NCBI GenBank assembly: GCA_017934425.1
Contig: JAGBJO010000029.1
Span: forward strand, 10,050-74,049
Length of the DNA: 64,000 nucleotides
Direction: 5' to 3'
Origin: Ruminococcus sp.
GTDB lineage: Bacteria; Bacillota; Clostridia; Oscillospirales; Ruminococcaceae
In this document: piece after piece, positions 42,750 through 52,700 of the stretch
Layout of the letters: each line of letters opens with the position of its first letter
Numbering within the stretch: the stretch's first letter is position 1
Made by a program: the position numbers and the translations under genes
Notes under the pieces: model-generated
Database searches by the model: none
Seen by the model: the letters and a program-made list of their open reading frames with translations, nothing else
Told to the model about the DNA's origin: nothing

Positions 42750-42972
42750 AGCAAGCCTGCTCCTTTCCTGGGGATAAGGACTGCCCTGGTTGGATTTCTG
42801 CAAAAGCAGGCGGGAACAGTCCATGCTCACAAAGATAATTATATCACTATAAACCGCCCATGTCAAGAAGCGTACAAAAGCGTACTCACAACTTGTTCCT
42901 GACACGCTTTTCAAGTGCTGAAATAACAAGAGCGCCCTCTGCTGAGAGCGCTCCGGATAAGAGTCTTCTTTC

Positions 42973-45615
42973 TTACTTCTTGTAAGGCATATCAGCCTGT
43001 GTAAGAACCTTTGCATCAAGCTGCTGGATTATGAATGCGTCCTTTGCATCTACTACGCCGTCAGCGTTGCAGTCAGACCATTCAAGATTCTCTTCCTTGA
43101 TGGGGTACTTTGTCTTATTTGATGCGTACTGGAGTGCAAGTACGATATCAGATACGCCGATATCCTTGCTTCCGTCAGTATCGCCCCAGAGACCTGTCTT
43201 AGTTGTAGGCTTTGTAGTTGTCTGAGGTGTATCAGATGCGATCTGTCCGTAGATGATACCGCAGCCAACTGTTGACATATAAACCTTGCCGAATTCGTCC
43301 ATATCGCCTACCAGGAAGTTGCCGTTACCTGTACCGCCGTAGAGGTGGTCGGTATTGATGCATACCCAGGTCTTTCCGGCATCTGTTGAACGGTAGATAC
43401 CCTCAGGGTCAGACTCAGCAGGCTTGCCGTAGAAGTAAATGGTATTCACGCCGCCAGCCTTTTCAGGTGCGCCGTAGCCGACAGTCTTGCAGTAGCTTAC
43501 ATCAAGCTTTGTGGAAGTTACCTTGCCGCCGCTGATAGTAACATCGTACATACCGTACCAGCCGCCGCCGAGGATAACGTGACCCTTGCCCAGGTATGCG
43601 ATACGTCCTGCGCTGTCGCACTGGTCGTACATACAGATATCTGTGGAAGTAAAGGTCTTACCGCCGTCTGTGCTGACGCAGAACTTGTACTGTGCATCAG
43701 ATGCATCAGGTGCGGTCTTTGAGTAGAACCATGAGGAGTTATAGTAAGTAGCGTATGCGTAAACTGTATTCGGGTCATCAGGCTCTACAAGGAGCATTGT
43801 GGGCTTTGAGCCATACTGTGAGGGGATACCCTCGCAGGAATTCCATGTCTCGCCCCAGTCATCAGAGTAAGCAACGCCGCCGTCATTCTTGCCGGTATTG
43901 AAGATACGGTAAGTGGACTTGTCGATCTGAGCGATAGCCAGCTTGCCGCCCTTAGTGGAAGGAGTGAAAGGCTGCCAGGTCTTGCCACGGTCAGTGGTGT
44001 AGTAGCCAGCGCCGTTGTCGCCCTCAGCGATTCTTGCCCATACATCAGTATTCTGGGGGCAAACTGCGATTGCTGAAGTTGAACCCATGTTAGGCTGATA
44101 CTGTAAACCTATCTGGTCAACTGACTCATGAACGAAGCCGTCGTAGTCACCGATAGCAGAAAGGTCAAGTCCGTCAGATGTACTTACGAAGTCCAGAGCA
44201 ACAACTTCCTCGATACCGTCCGGGTGGAAGGTATATGTGGGGAGCTTTGCATTAGGAGTATCAGCATTATCCTGGCTCCATAAATTAGTGCAAACGAATA
44301 CGCCGTTACCGGAAGTTATCCACATTTTGTTGTGGTCACGGGGATCGGTAACAACTGTACCAGACCAGTGGATAGCCTTATCTCTTATCCAGTCATAGCC
44401 GCCGTCCTTGAGGTAGTCAGCAATAAGAGGCTGACCCCAGCCAGAGGTATGTCCGGGAGTAAAGTTCTGCCATGTCTCGCCGCCGTCGAATGAACGGAAG
44501 TACTGGTCGCCCCATACAGCGCCATGTTCGTCAGTCCACTCCTGCCACTCCTGATCCTGCCACTTTCCGCAGCTTCCTGCGATAAGGTGGTCGGGATTCT
44601 CAGGGTCAGCCCAGATAGAGCCAAGACCTACGCCTGTATCAAATATCTGAGTTACCTTATCTGTCTTAGGTGAATAGCGGTAGCCGCCGCCTGATGTGCC
44701 GCCGAAAGCAAGTCCTGCGATATAGGTGATGAGCAGGTCGCCGTTAGGATCAACGTTGATACGGGAAGGATATACGTCAGTAGGCAGATCCTTGCTGAGC
44801 AGAGTGAACTTGTCGTCCTTCATGCTTGCAACGTGAACGTTTCCAGTACCCTTAGCGGAAGTAGCAACGTAAACCTTGCCGCCCTCGATAGCGATAGCAG
44901 CAACGCCGTTCTGGTGGTTGTACTCGTCGGAAGTTATGGAACGAGCGTAAGTCTCAGTCCATGTAGGCCACTTTGTAGTCTCGCTGAAAAGTCCCAGGTC
45001 GTCGTAGCCGATAACAGGCTCCCATGTCTCACCGCCGTCGGTGGACTTGATAAGTGCAGACTTGGACTTATCGTCGGAAGTAACGTCACCACCGGCATAG
45101 ATAACGTTGGAATCATCAGGGTCAACAGCGATAGCTTCGCCGCACTGTCTGCCGTCGCCGTTACCCATTACCTTGATAAGGCTTGTAACGTCGATCTCCT
45201 TGAAGGTCTTACCGCCGTCTGTAGTCTTGTAGATAACAGTCTTTTCTGCTGAGAAGTAGGCACAGCCGCAGAGGAAGTAAACTGTATCATCGTCGTTAGG
45301 GTCAACAGCCATAGCATCAACGCTGAGCAGGCCACGGTCAGACTCGTTGATGAAGCCCAGGAGCTGCTCCCAGCATTCGGTATCGTAATTATACTTGTAA
45401 GCGCCGCCTACGTCTGTACGGGCATACATTACGTCCTTACCTGTCACGATACCTGAAACGAAGCCGCCTCCGCCTATTCTTAAAGCGCCCCATTCCATAG
45501 TTGATGAGATGTCCTTTGTAGCAGCTGAGCCTGACAGACTGCCTGTCTGAATTGCCGAAGCAGTACAGAGGCACACAGCGCAAACTCCAGCCGCTATGCG
45601 TTTGATATTTTTCAT
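42973..45615 (-). CDS. cellulosomal GH74 xyloglucanase with dockerin
   Basis: GGGGFVSG, ARTDVGG (catalytic Asp), IGDYDGF (second Asp), Asp-box repeats STDGGxTW, dockerin. Confidence 0.96.
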   Translation of the reverse strand: MKNIKRIAAGVCAVCLCTASAIQTGSLSGSAATKDISSTMEWGALRIGGGGFVSGIVTGKDVMYARTDVGGAYKYNYDTECWEQLLGFINESDRGLLSVDAMAVDPNDDDTVYFLCGCAYFSAEKTVIYKTTDGGKTFKEIDVTSLIKVMGNGDGRQCGEAIAVDPDDSNVIYAGGDVTSDDKSKSALIKSTDGGETWEPVIGYDDLGLFSETTKWPTWTETYARSITSDEYNHQNGVAAIAIEGGKVYVATSAKGTGNVHVASMKDDKFTLLSKDLPTDVYPSRINVDPNGDLLITYIAGLAFGGTSGGGYRYSPKTDKVTQIFDTGVGLGSIWADPENPDHLIAGSCGKWQDQEWQEWTDEHGAVWGDQYFRSFDGGETWQNFTPGHTSGWGQPLIADYLKDGGYDWIRDKAIHWSGTVVTDPRDHNKMWITSGNGVFVCTNLWSQDNADTPNAKLPTYTFHPDGIEEVVALDFVSTSDGLDLSAIGDYDGFVHESVDQIGLQYQPNMGSTSAIAVCPQNTDVWARIAEGDNGAGYYTTDRGKTWQPFTPSTKGGKLAIAQIDKSTYRIFNTGKNDGGVAYSDDWGETWNSCEGIPSQYGSKPTMLLVEPDDPNTVYAYATYYNSSWFYSKTAPDASDAQYKFCVSTDGGKTFTSTDICMYDQCDSAGRIAYLGKGHVILGGGWYGMYDVTISGGKVTSTKLDVSYCKTVGYGAPEKAGGVNTIYFYGKPAESDPEGIYRSTDAGKTWVCINTDHLYGGTGNGNFLVGDMDEFGKVYMSTVGCGIIYGQIASDTPQTTTKPTTKTGLWGDTDGSKDIGVSDIVLALQYASNKTKYPIKEENLEWSDCNADGVVDAKDAFIIQQLDAKVLTQADMPYKK

Positions 45616-45868
45616 TTTCTTTCCTCCCTATGGGTATTGAATCAACTAATTAACAACCTATCTTTAATTAATCAATTCTTTAATTGCAACTTAATTTTAC
45701 CACTTCTCACTAATTTTGTCAATAGGATATGTGCGAAACTGCCATAAAATAACTTATATGGATTTTTAATAGCAATATAGTCATAATTTTACCATACCAG
45801 GCAATAAAATACCGGAACTCACAATTAAAAGTAAGTTCCGGCAATCAATAATTTAATTAAATGAGCGT

Positions 45869-46429
45869 TTATTCCTGACTTCCAGGTGTAGATTCTCCGA
45901 ATGTGGGTGAATTCTTGATAAGCTTCTGGATCTTCTCCTTAGTACGCTGTACTTCCAGCAGGCTTCTGTTATACTGAGTCTCAGTCTCCTTCAGCATAGT
46001 AGCAGCAGCCAGTGCAGCCTGCTTCTGGAGTTCTGTAGCGCTTGCTCTTGCGGTAGCAGTAACGTGGTCAGCGTCTTCCTTAGCCTGTGTAGTAAGGTTA
46101 GCGGCAGCGTTCTGAGCCTTGCTGAGGATCTCAGCAGCCTTCTTCTTTGCCTCCTCAACGATAGCCTCACGGGAAGCTATCTGTGAAGCACGCTCCTCAG
46201 CCTTGCGGATCACTACCTCAGCATTTTCCTTAGCTTCGCCAAGTATTCTCTGGCAATCATACTCTATCTTCTTGGCTTCCTTGAGTTCAGCAGGCATATT
46301 CAGGCGAATATCATTGATAAGCTCACGCATTCTCTCGCCGTCTACCACTTTCTTATGGGGAGCAAGTGGGATAGCTGTAGCCTTATCAAGCAATTCGTCC
46401 ATCTCATCAAGGATCTCATCAATACTCAT
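45869..46429 (-). CDS. conserved coiled-coil protein (ATP synthase b/DivIVA-like) downstream of coaD
   Basis: Ala/Glu/Lys heptads; usual Firmicutes rsmD-coaD neighbour. Confidence 0.8.
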   Translation of the reverse strand: MSIDEILDEMDELLDKATAIPLAPHKKVVDGERMRELINDIRLNMPAELKEAKKIEYDCQRILGEAKENAEVVIRKAEERASQIASREAIVEEAKKKAAEILSKAQNAAANLTTQAKEDADHVTATARASATELQKQAALAAATMLKETETQYNRSLLEVQRTKEKIQKLIKNSPTFGESTPGSQE

Positions 46430-46434
46430 AGTTA

Positions 46435-46926
46435 TTACCTCTCTTTAATTAATCTCTGCTTTATATCGTCAAGTATCTGTTCCGGAACAAAGTGGCTTAT
46501 GTCGCCGCCGAAGTAGGCGATCTGCTTTACCACGCTTGAACTTAGGTACATATTCTCCGCAGCAGTTGTCAGGAACACAGTCTCAGCGCCAGCGTAAAGT
46601 TTCTTATTAGCCAGAGCCATCTGGAACTCGTACTCAAAGTCGCTCACAGCACGCAGTCCCTTGACAATAGCTACAGCGCCAACGCTCTCAACGTAGTCTG
46701 CCAGCAGACCGTCAAGTATATCAATTACAACGTTATCCAGGTCTTTCGTAACAGCTTCTATCATAAGCATACGCTCGGTTGCGGTAAAGCTTGGCTGACT
46801 TTTTCCGGCGTTTCTTGATATAAGAACTATTACCTTATCGAACAGCTTGGACGCTCTTGTGATTATGTCAAGGTGACCCAGAGTTACCGGGTCGAAGCTG
46901 CCGGGACATACGGCTATTCTTCTCAT
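46435..46926 (-). CDS. coaD: phosphopantetheine adenylyltransferase
   Basis: PGSFDPVTLGH, KGLRAVSDFEYE, SSSVVK. Confidence 0.98.
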   Translation of the reverse strand: MRRIAVCPGSFDPVTLGHLDIITRASKLFDKVIVLISRNAGKSQPSFTATERMLMIEAVTKDLDNVVIDILDGLLADYVESVGAVAIVKGLRAVSDFEYEFQMALANKKLYAGAETVFLTTAAENMYLSSSVVKQIAYFGGDISHFVPEQILDDIKQRLIKER

Positions 46927-47486
46927 ACTTCATCGTCCTCCTCATCGTCGCCTGGTCGGTAGAAAACAGCTATACATATCTGACCATAGCGGTACTGCTT
47001 TTTAAGCGCAAAGCCTTCTGGTGCATCAGGAGTAGGTGCTTCTCTTTCGTACTCGCATATAACGATACCGCCCTTATTGAGCTTCTGTACAGCTAACGGA
47101 AGAAGTATAGGTATACTGCCATGTCTGTAAGGCGGGTCGAGGAAAATTATATCGAACTTCTGGGCGGTAAGGCGGATATAGTCAAAGCTGTCACGGGTAA
47201 TGACCTCAGCCTGCTTGTCCAGTTTGGTATGGCGCAGATTTGCTGTGACGCATTTGATACTTTTATTTGAACTGTCAACGAACACTGCTCTTTCAGCGCC
47301 TCTGCTAAGGGCTTCGATACCCATTTGTCCGCTTCCTGCGAACAGGTCGAGGAAAACTGCACCCGGCAGCTGGAACTGGATAGCTGAGAAAATGCCCTCC
47401 TTTACCTTATCGCTTGTAGGTCTTACGTCCAGACCCTCCGGGGATTCGAGGCGGCAGCCTCTTGCAGTACCAGTGATAACTCTCAT
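46923..47486 (-). CDS. rsmD: 16S rRNA m2G966 methyltransferase
   Basis: MRVITG, RPTSD, DLFAGSG, DPPY. Confidence 0.96.
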   Translation of the reverse strand: MRVITGTARGCRLESPEGLDVRPTSDKVKEGIFSAIQFQLPGAVFLDLFAGSGQMGIEALSRGAERAVFVDSSNKSIKCVTANLRHTKLDKQAEVITRDSFDYIRLTAQKFDIIFLDPPYRHGSIPILLPLAVQKLNKGGIVICEYEREAPTPDAPEGFALKKQYRYGQICIAVFYRPGDDEEDDEV

Positions 47487-47758
47487 AGATGTACGCTCCT
47501 AAAAACAAGCTGCCTGCTGACAGCGGAATATTGCAGTATTACACCGCCTATTTATACATTTACATTATACAATATTTCCGGTGGATTGTCTACACACTTT
47601 TAAAAACTTAGTCACTCCGTACAATTTCCGGTAAATTTGATGTTACTGTTTTGTAAACATTTGCAGATGTCTGCTTAATATCCCCCAAATTCGCCGGGAA
47701 AGTCCCTGCCGGCATGAGAAAAGTACAAGTTAAAACAAAAATATAAGTCTGCACACAC

Positions 47759-47816
47759 TTGACATAAAAGAACAAATGTTCTATAATGAGTTTACAAAAG
47801 AAAAGAACAAACGTTC
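47759..47816 (+). promoter_or_regulatory. consensus sigmaA promoter with two LexA (Cheo/SOS) boxes
   Basis: TTGACA(47759)-N17-TATAAT(47782); GAACAAATGTTC at 47770-47781 lies in the spacer and GAACAAACGTTC at 47805-47816 lies downstream. Confidence 0.88.
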
Positions 47817-47841
47817 TACCAATTGATAAGGAGGTAAACAA

Positions 47842-48072
47842 ATGCTTGACAGAAATACTGATATGATCGAGGGGTATAAGAGAAGCTGCAAGCTGGTAAA
47901 GGAGCGCATTGACGAGCTTTCTGCGCTGAAAAAGTCCCTTATCCGCAGCGGCAGGCACCTGGAAGCGGAGGAACTGATGCTTGACAGACGTATTTTTCTG
48001 CTTTATACTGAGCATAAGGATATGCAGGAGGTCATCGGTATCCTCTCCGACTATACCCACAGGGAGGGTTGA
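47842..48072 (+). CDS. hypothetical 76-aa helical protein, putatively SOS-induced
   Basis: SD AAGGAGGT; first gene after the LexA-boxed promoter. Confidence 0.8.
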   Translation: MLDRNTDMIEGYKRSCKLVKERIDELSALKKSLIRSGRHLEAEELMLDRRIFLLYTEHKDMQEVIGILSDYTHREG

Positions 48073-48368
48073 CTTTGTCAAGACGAGAAAGCTATTCAGA
48101 CACATTCACAGGCAGACTTGACCAGAATATCCGTGAACTTCTTGAGGAAAATGACACAAGTGAGGGCGCAAAACTTAGAAGGATACTGTTAAAAATTATT
48201 AAAAATGAGCTTACCCCAAGACAAAGGGAAATAATTATGCTATACTATTTTAAGAGCATGGATATCGCTTCTATCGCCTCGGAACTTGATATATCTCCTC
48301 AGTCAGTCTCTGCTACCATGAGCAGGGCAAGACTGCGGATATTCAGAATACTGCAATACTACTTCTGA
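48069..48368 (+). CDS. sigma-70 region-4-only HTH protein
   Basis: ELTPRQREIIMLYY...IASELDISPQSVSATMSRARLRI; TTGA overlap with the upstream gene. Confidence 0.85.
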   Translation: MTLSRRESYSDTFTGRLDQNIRELLEENDTSEGAKLRRILLKIIKNELTPRQREIIMLYYFKSMDIASIASELDISPQSVSATMSRARLRIFRILQYYF

Positions 48369-48381
48369 TAGGATAAAAATT

Positions 48382-49713
48382 ATGAATACACCGATAAATG
48401 ATTTTCTTAATAAATATAACGATTCTGGCTTGCTCCGCTGTCATATGCCCGGTCATAAGGGACATACACTGGACGAAGCCGACTGGCTGCCTTACGCCAT
48501 TGACATAACTGAAATACACGGTGCAGACAGCCTTTTTGAAGCAGACGGTATTATACGCCAGAGCGAGGAAAATGCCGCAAAACTCTGGGGAAGCGCCGAT
48601 ACGCTTTTCTCAGCCGGCGGTTCTACCCTATGCATACAGGCTATGCTGGCGGCTATGAAGCTGGAAGGACGGCGTGGCGTGGCGGTAAGGAACGTTCACA
48701 GGTCATTTCTCAATGCGGCGGCACTCCTTGACCTTGAAGTGGACTGGCTTATCCCGGACTACTCCGGCGGGATCCTCTCCGGCAGGATAGACCCGGAAAA
48801 GGCTGCAAAAATGCTGGACGAGAAGTCCTTCCTCTACGTCACCTCCCCCGACTACACCGGCGCTATGGCGGATATCCCGGAACTCAGCCGGGTCTGCAAG
48901 GAAAAAGGGGCGATGCTTCTGGTGGACTGCGCTCATGGCGCTCATCTGCCGTTCTTTGAGACTAATATGCACCCCATTGCACTGGGCGCTGATATATGCT
49001 GCGACTCCGCCCACAAAATGCTCCCGGCACTTACCGGCGGTGCTATGCTTCACTGTTCAAAGCCGGGTTACAGAGATATTCTCCGCCAGTGCATGAGTAT
49101 GTTCGGCTCTACAAGTCCCTCATACCTTATCATGGACTCCCTCGACCTTTGCTGCCGCTACGTCAGCCAGCGCATCAGGGAGGATATCCGGCGCAGTCTC
49201 CACCTTATAAGAGAATTCAAGGAGCGCTTCTCCGGACAGCTTTTGTTCACTGACGGCGACCCGTTCCATATCACCATAAAAGCCGCACAGTCCGGATTCG
49301 ACGGCAGAGTTTTAGCGGAGGAAATGCGTAAAAACGGCGCTGAGTGCGAATACGCTGACAGGGAACTGGTGATACTCCTTATGTCACCGGTAAATACTAC
49401 CGGGGAATATATCCAGCTTTCACACGTTCTGGCGGAATCCCTGCAAAATGTTCCGAAAGCTGCCCCCGCTGCCCTGGAATTCACTCTCCCCGTGCCTGAA
49501 CAGGTCATGAGTATCCGTCAGGCGGCGTTCTCGCCCTCGGAGGAGATACCCGTAACAAGCGCCGAAGGCAGGATATGCGCTTCTGTGAAAGTCCCCTGCC
49601 CTCCGGCTGTCCCTATCGCTGTAAGCGGCGAACGCATCACTTCCCAGCACATCGCACTGTTCCAGAATTACGGCATTGACACCGTTCTGGTAGTAAAAGA
49701 AGGAGGCAAATGA
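48382..49713 (+). CDS. Orn/Lys/Arg decarboxylase family PLP enzyme (YaaO-like)
   Basis: HMPGHKG, DCAHG, SAHK, STSPSY. Confidence 0.92.
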   Translation: MNTPINDFLNKYNDSGLLRCHMPGHKGHTLDEADWLPYAIDITEIHGADSLFEADGIIRQSEENAAKLWGSADTLFSAGGSTLCIQAMLAAMKLEGRRGVAVRNVHRSFLNAAALLDLEVDWLIPDYSGGILSGRIDPEKAAKMLDEKSFLYVTSPDYTGAMADIPELSRVCKEKGAMLLVDCAHGAHLPFFETNMHPIALGADICCDSAHKMLPALTGGAMLHCSKPGYRDILRQCMSMFGSTSPSYLIMDSLDLCCRYVSQRIREDIRRSLHLIREFKERFSGQLLFTDGDPFHITIKAAQSGFDGRVLAEEMRKNGAECEYADRELVILLMSPVNTTGEYIQLSHVLAESLQNVPKAAPAALEFTLPVPEQVMSIRQAAFSPSEEIPVTSAEGRICASVKVPCPPAVPIAVSGERITSQHIALFQNYGIDTVLVVKEGGK

Positions 49714-49714
49714 C

Positions 49715-50704
49715 ATGAAAACTATCTATGGCAACCAGACACTTCTGGCTTCCCTGGGTAATATGGCGCTGCGGAAAAGGTCGCCTCAGTCCATAATCTT
49801 CTGCGGTGATAAGGGCTGCGGAAAAAAGACTATCGCCGCCTACTATGCCGCCCAGCTTATGTGCAGCGACCTCACCGAAACCGGCGCACCCTGCGGAAAA
49901 TGCCGCAACTGCAAACTGGTATTCTCCGGCACTCACCCGGATATCACCTACGTTCCTACTTCCGGAAAGTCCGAAACTTACAGCGTAAAAACCATTCGTG
50001 CCGTCAAGCAGGACGCTTTCGTCCGCCCGAACAATAACAGCGATATCAAGGTATATATCATGGCGGACTGCCAGAACCTCTCCCAGGAAGTCCAGAACAC
50101 TATGCTGAAAATCATCGAAGAACCTCCGGAGTACTGCTGCTTTATATTCACCGCCGTGAACCGCTACGAATTTCTGCCTACCATACTCTCAAGATGCGTC
50201 ACATTCAGCGTGATGCCATGCACTGAACAGGAAGCTGCGGCGGCACTTGCCGAGGAAAGCGACTTCTCGCCAGACGAGATACGCAGGGCTGTTGGCTGCT
50301 TCCACGGCAATATCGGTCTGTGTACTCAGTATGTGGTAGACGAGGGACTGCGAAAAAAAGTAGATTTGACAAAAAGGCTTGCAGATAGTATAATAAGAAA
50401 GGACGAGTACAGACTTAATGCCGATGTTTACTCTATCGGTTCAGGCAAGGACGACCTGCGGACTGTTATGTCTATGCTGGATAACCTTATGAGAGACTGC
50501 GCTGTACTTTCTGAAATGAGCGAACCTAAGCTGACAGGCTGCTGCCACGACGCTGCAAAACGCCTCGCCGGGACTATCTCGCCCGGTCAGGCTTCAAGTA
50601 TTCACTACGCCGCCCGTGATGCCTGGAACGCTATCGAACGCAATGTGAGCGCCCCTGTTGTTATGGCGGCGCTGTGTGCGGATATAATCAGCATCATTAG
50701 CTGA
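49715..50704 (+). CDS. holB: DNA polymerase III delta-prime subunit
   Basis: GDKGCGKK, Zn CxxCxxC, HPD, KIIEEPP, TILSRC. Confidence 0.88.
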   Translation: MKTIYGNQTLLASLGNMALRKRSPQSIIFCGDKGCGKKTIAAYYAAQLMCSDLTETGAPCGKCRNCKLVFSGTHPDITYVPTSGKSETYSVKTIRAVKQDAFVRPNNNSDIKVYIMADCQNLSQEVQNTMLKIIEEPPEYCCFIFTAVNRYEFLPTILSRCVTFSVMPCTEQEAAAALAEESDFSPDEIRRAVGCFHGNIGLCTQYVVDEGLRKKVDLTKRLADSIIRKDEYRLNADVYSIGSGKDDLRTVMSMLDNLMRDCAVLSEMSEPKLTGCCHDAAKRLAGTISPGQASSIHYAARDAWNAIERNVSAPVVMAALCADIISIIS

Positions 50705-50717
50705 GATTGGAGTTTTT

Positions 50718-51584
50718 ATGAAAGAGATAGTGGGTATCCGCTTCAAAAAAGTGGGTAAGATTTATTACTTCGCCCCCGGTGATATCAAAACTAACCTGGG
50801 CGATAAGGTCATTGTGGAGACTGTCAGAGGTCTGGAGTGCGGAGATGTTGTCATCGCTAACCGCACTATCGACGACAAGTCTTTCGCCTCTGCCCTGAAA
50901 CCTATCATCAGAATTGCTACCGCTGAGGATATGGCTGTTCTGGAAAAGAATAAGAAACTGGTGGAGGAAGCATTCAAGGTATGCCAGGAAAAAATAGCTT
51001 ACCGCAAGCTGAAAATGAACCTCATCGACGTTGAGTGTACCTTTGACCATAACAAGCTGCTGTTCTACTTTACCGCCGAAAGCCGTGTTGACTTCCGTGA
51101 ACTGGTAAAAGACCTGGCGGCTGTGTTCCGTACAAGAATTGAACTGCGCCAGATAGGTGTCAGGGACGAAGCTAAGATACTGGGCGGTCTGGGTATATGC
51201 GGACGTGAGTTCTGCTGTAAAGCACATATGGGCGACTTCAACCCCGTATCTATAAAAATGGCTAAGGAACAGGGCCTTTCCCTTAATCCTACTAAGATAT
51301 CAGGTACTTGCGGACGACTTATGTGCTGCCTGAAAAATGAACAGGCTGCCTATGAGGAACTGCTGAAGATAACCCCGAAGGTGGGCGCTGTCGTTGTTAC
51401 CCCTGACGGTGTTAAGGGCAGAGTCGAGGACGCTAATATCATCACCGGTAAACTGCGTATCAAGACCGATAAGTCAGAAGTACCGGTAATACTCGACAGA
51501 AGCGAGGTCAAACTCCTGAAAGACGCTGAGATAAGAGTTAACCGTGAGGAACTCAAAGCCCTCAAAAAGCTGGAGGACCAGTAA
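50718..51584 (+). CDS. ricT: PSP1/YaaT (RicT) family protein
   Basis: RVDFRELVKDL, GICGREFCC, ISGTCGRLMCCL. Confidence 0.92.
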   Translation: MKEIVGIRFKKVGKIYYFAPGDIKTNLGDKVIVETVRGLECGDVVIANRTIDDKSFASALKPIIRIATAEDMAVLEKNKKLVEEAFKVCQEKIAYRKLKMNLIDVECTFDHNKLLFYFTAESRVDFRELVKDLAAVFRTRIELRQIGVRDEAKILGGLGICGREFCCKAHMGDFNPVSIKMAKEQGLSLNPTKISGTCGRLMCCLKNEQAAYEELLKITPKVGAVVVTPDGVKGRVEDANIITGKLRIKTDKSEVPVILDRSEVKLLKDAEIRVNREELKALKKLEDQ

Positions 51585-52246
51585 TGCAGAAAGTTAACTA
51601 CGGCAGGCTTTTCGACCAGAAAGCTGAGGAGCTGCGTAAGTCAGGCGAAAAGCCATCGCTGCTGCTCCACGCCTGCTGTGCGCCGTGCAGCAGCCATACC
51701 CTGACTGTCCTGTACGAGCTTTTCCACATAACCCTCTACTTCTATAATCCCAATATCGCCCCGGAGGAGGAGTATAACTACCGGTGCAGCGAACTGAAAA
51801 GGCTGGTAAAGGAAATGGGTATGGATATCCCGATCATCGAGGAAAACTATGATCCTGCGCCTTTTCTCAGCCTCGCTAAAGGTCTGGAGGATCTGCCGGA
51901 ACGTGGGCTGCGGTGTCAGAAATGCATCGCCCTGCGCCTTGAAAAAGCCGGTCTTAAAGCTAAGGAACTGGGCTGTGATTTCTTCACCACCACCCTCACC
52001 ATATCCCCTCACAAGGACTGCACTTTCATAAACGAAAAAGGCTGCGAACTTGCAGAAACTATCGGTATTCAGTACCTTTTCTCCGACTTCAAAAAACATG
52101 AGGGCTACAAACATTCTATCGAACTATCAAAAAAGTACGGGCTTTACCGGCAGAACTACTGCGGCTGCGTTTTCAGCAAAGTCCAGGCTGAAAGGAAGGA
52201 TACCTATGGGCAAGGAACTAAAGACCAATGCAATGCGGTTTCTTGA
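51584..52246 (+). CDS. queH: epoxyqueuosine reductase QueH
   Basis: LLHACCAPCS, YNPNI, CxxC, RQNYCGC. Confidence 0.93.
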   Translation: MQKVNYGRLFDQKAEELRKSGEKPSLLLHACCAPCSSHTLTVLYELFHITLYFYNPNIAPEEEYNYRCSELKRLVKEMGMDIPIIEENYDPAPFLSLAKGLEDLPERGLRCQKCIALRLEKAGLKAKELGCDFFTTTLTISPHKDCTFINEKGCELAETIGIQYLFSDFKKHEGYKHSIELSKKYGLYRQNYCGCVFSKVQAERKDTYGQGTKDQCNAVS

Positions 52247-52697
52247 CAAGTGCAAAATTGAATATACTGTCCAGACATACGAATGTGACGAATTTATCGA
52301 CGGTATCCACACCGCCCAGACCCTCGGTCAGCCCCTTGAGGAGACTTTCAAGACCCTTGTGGCGCAGGGCAAGTCCGGCAGCTTCTACTGCTTCCTGCTT
52401 CCTGTGGCGGAGGAACTTGACCTGAAAAAAGCGGCTAAATCAGTTGGCGAGAAGTCGGTGGAACTCCTCCACGTCAAGGACATCACCAAAGTAACCGGAT
52501 ACGTCAGAGGCGGCTGTACACCTATCGGTATGAAAAAGCAGTTCGTTACAGTAGTCCACGAAAGTGCCGCTTCGCTTCCGCTGTTCTTCATAAGCGGCGG
52601 ACGCATCGGTACACAGATAAGGCTTTCCCCGGAAGCGCTGGTAAAGGCGATAAGAGGAAGTTTTTCGGATATTCTGCCAGATCAGGAAAGAGGTTGA
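52206..52697 (+). CDS. ybaK: Cys-tRNA(Pro) deacylase YbaK
   Basis: KTNAMR, FKTLV, GYVRGGCTPIG; start ATG 52206 after GGAAGGA. Confidence 0.93.
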   Translation: MGKELKTNAMRFLDKCKIEYTVQTYECDEFIDGIHTAQTLGQPLEETFKTLVAQGKSGSFYCFLLPVAEELDLKKAAKSVGEKSVELLHVKDITKVTGYVRGGCTPIGMKKQFVTVVHESAASLPLFFISGGRIGTQIRLSPEALVKAIRGSFSDILPDQERG

Positions 52698-52700
52698 TTT

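Noticed and set aside
42750-42835. Hairpin GGACTGT..GGGCAGTCC in the acyl-CoA synthetase leader as a riboswitch
   Set aside because: A single stem with no recognisable aptamer consensus or terminator.
52050-52246. Programmed frameshift or fusion between queH and ybaK
   Set aside because: ybaK has its own SD and ATG at 52206; a 41-bp overlap is sufficient explanation.
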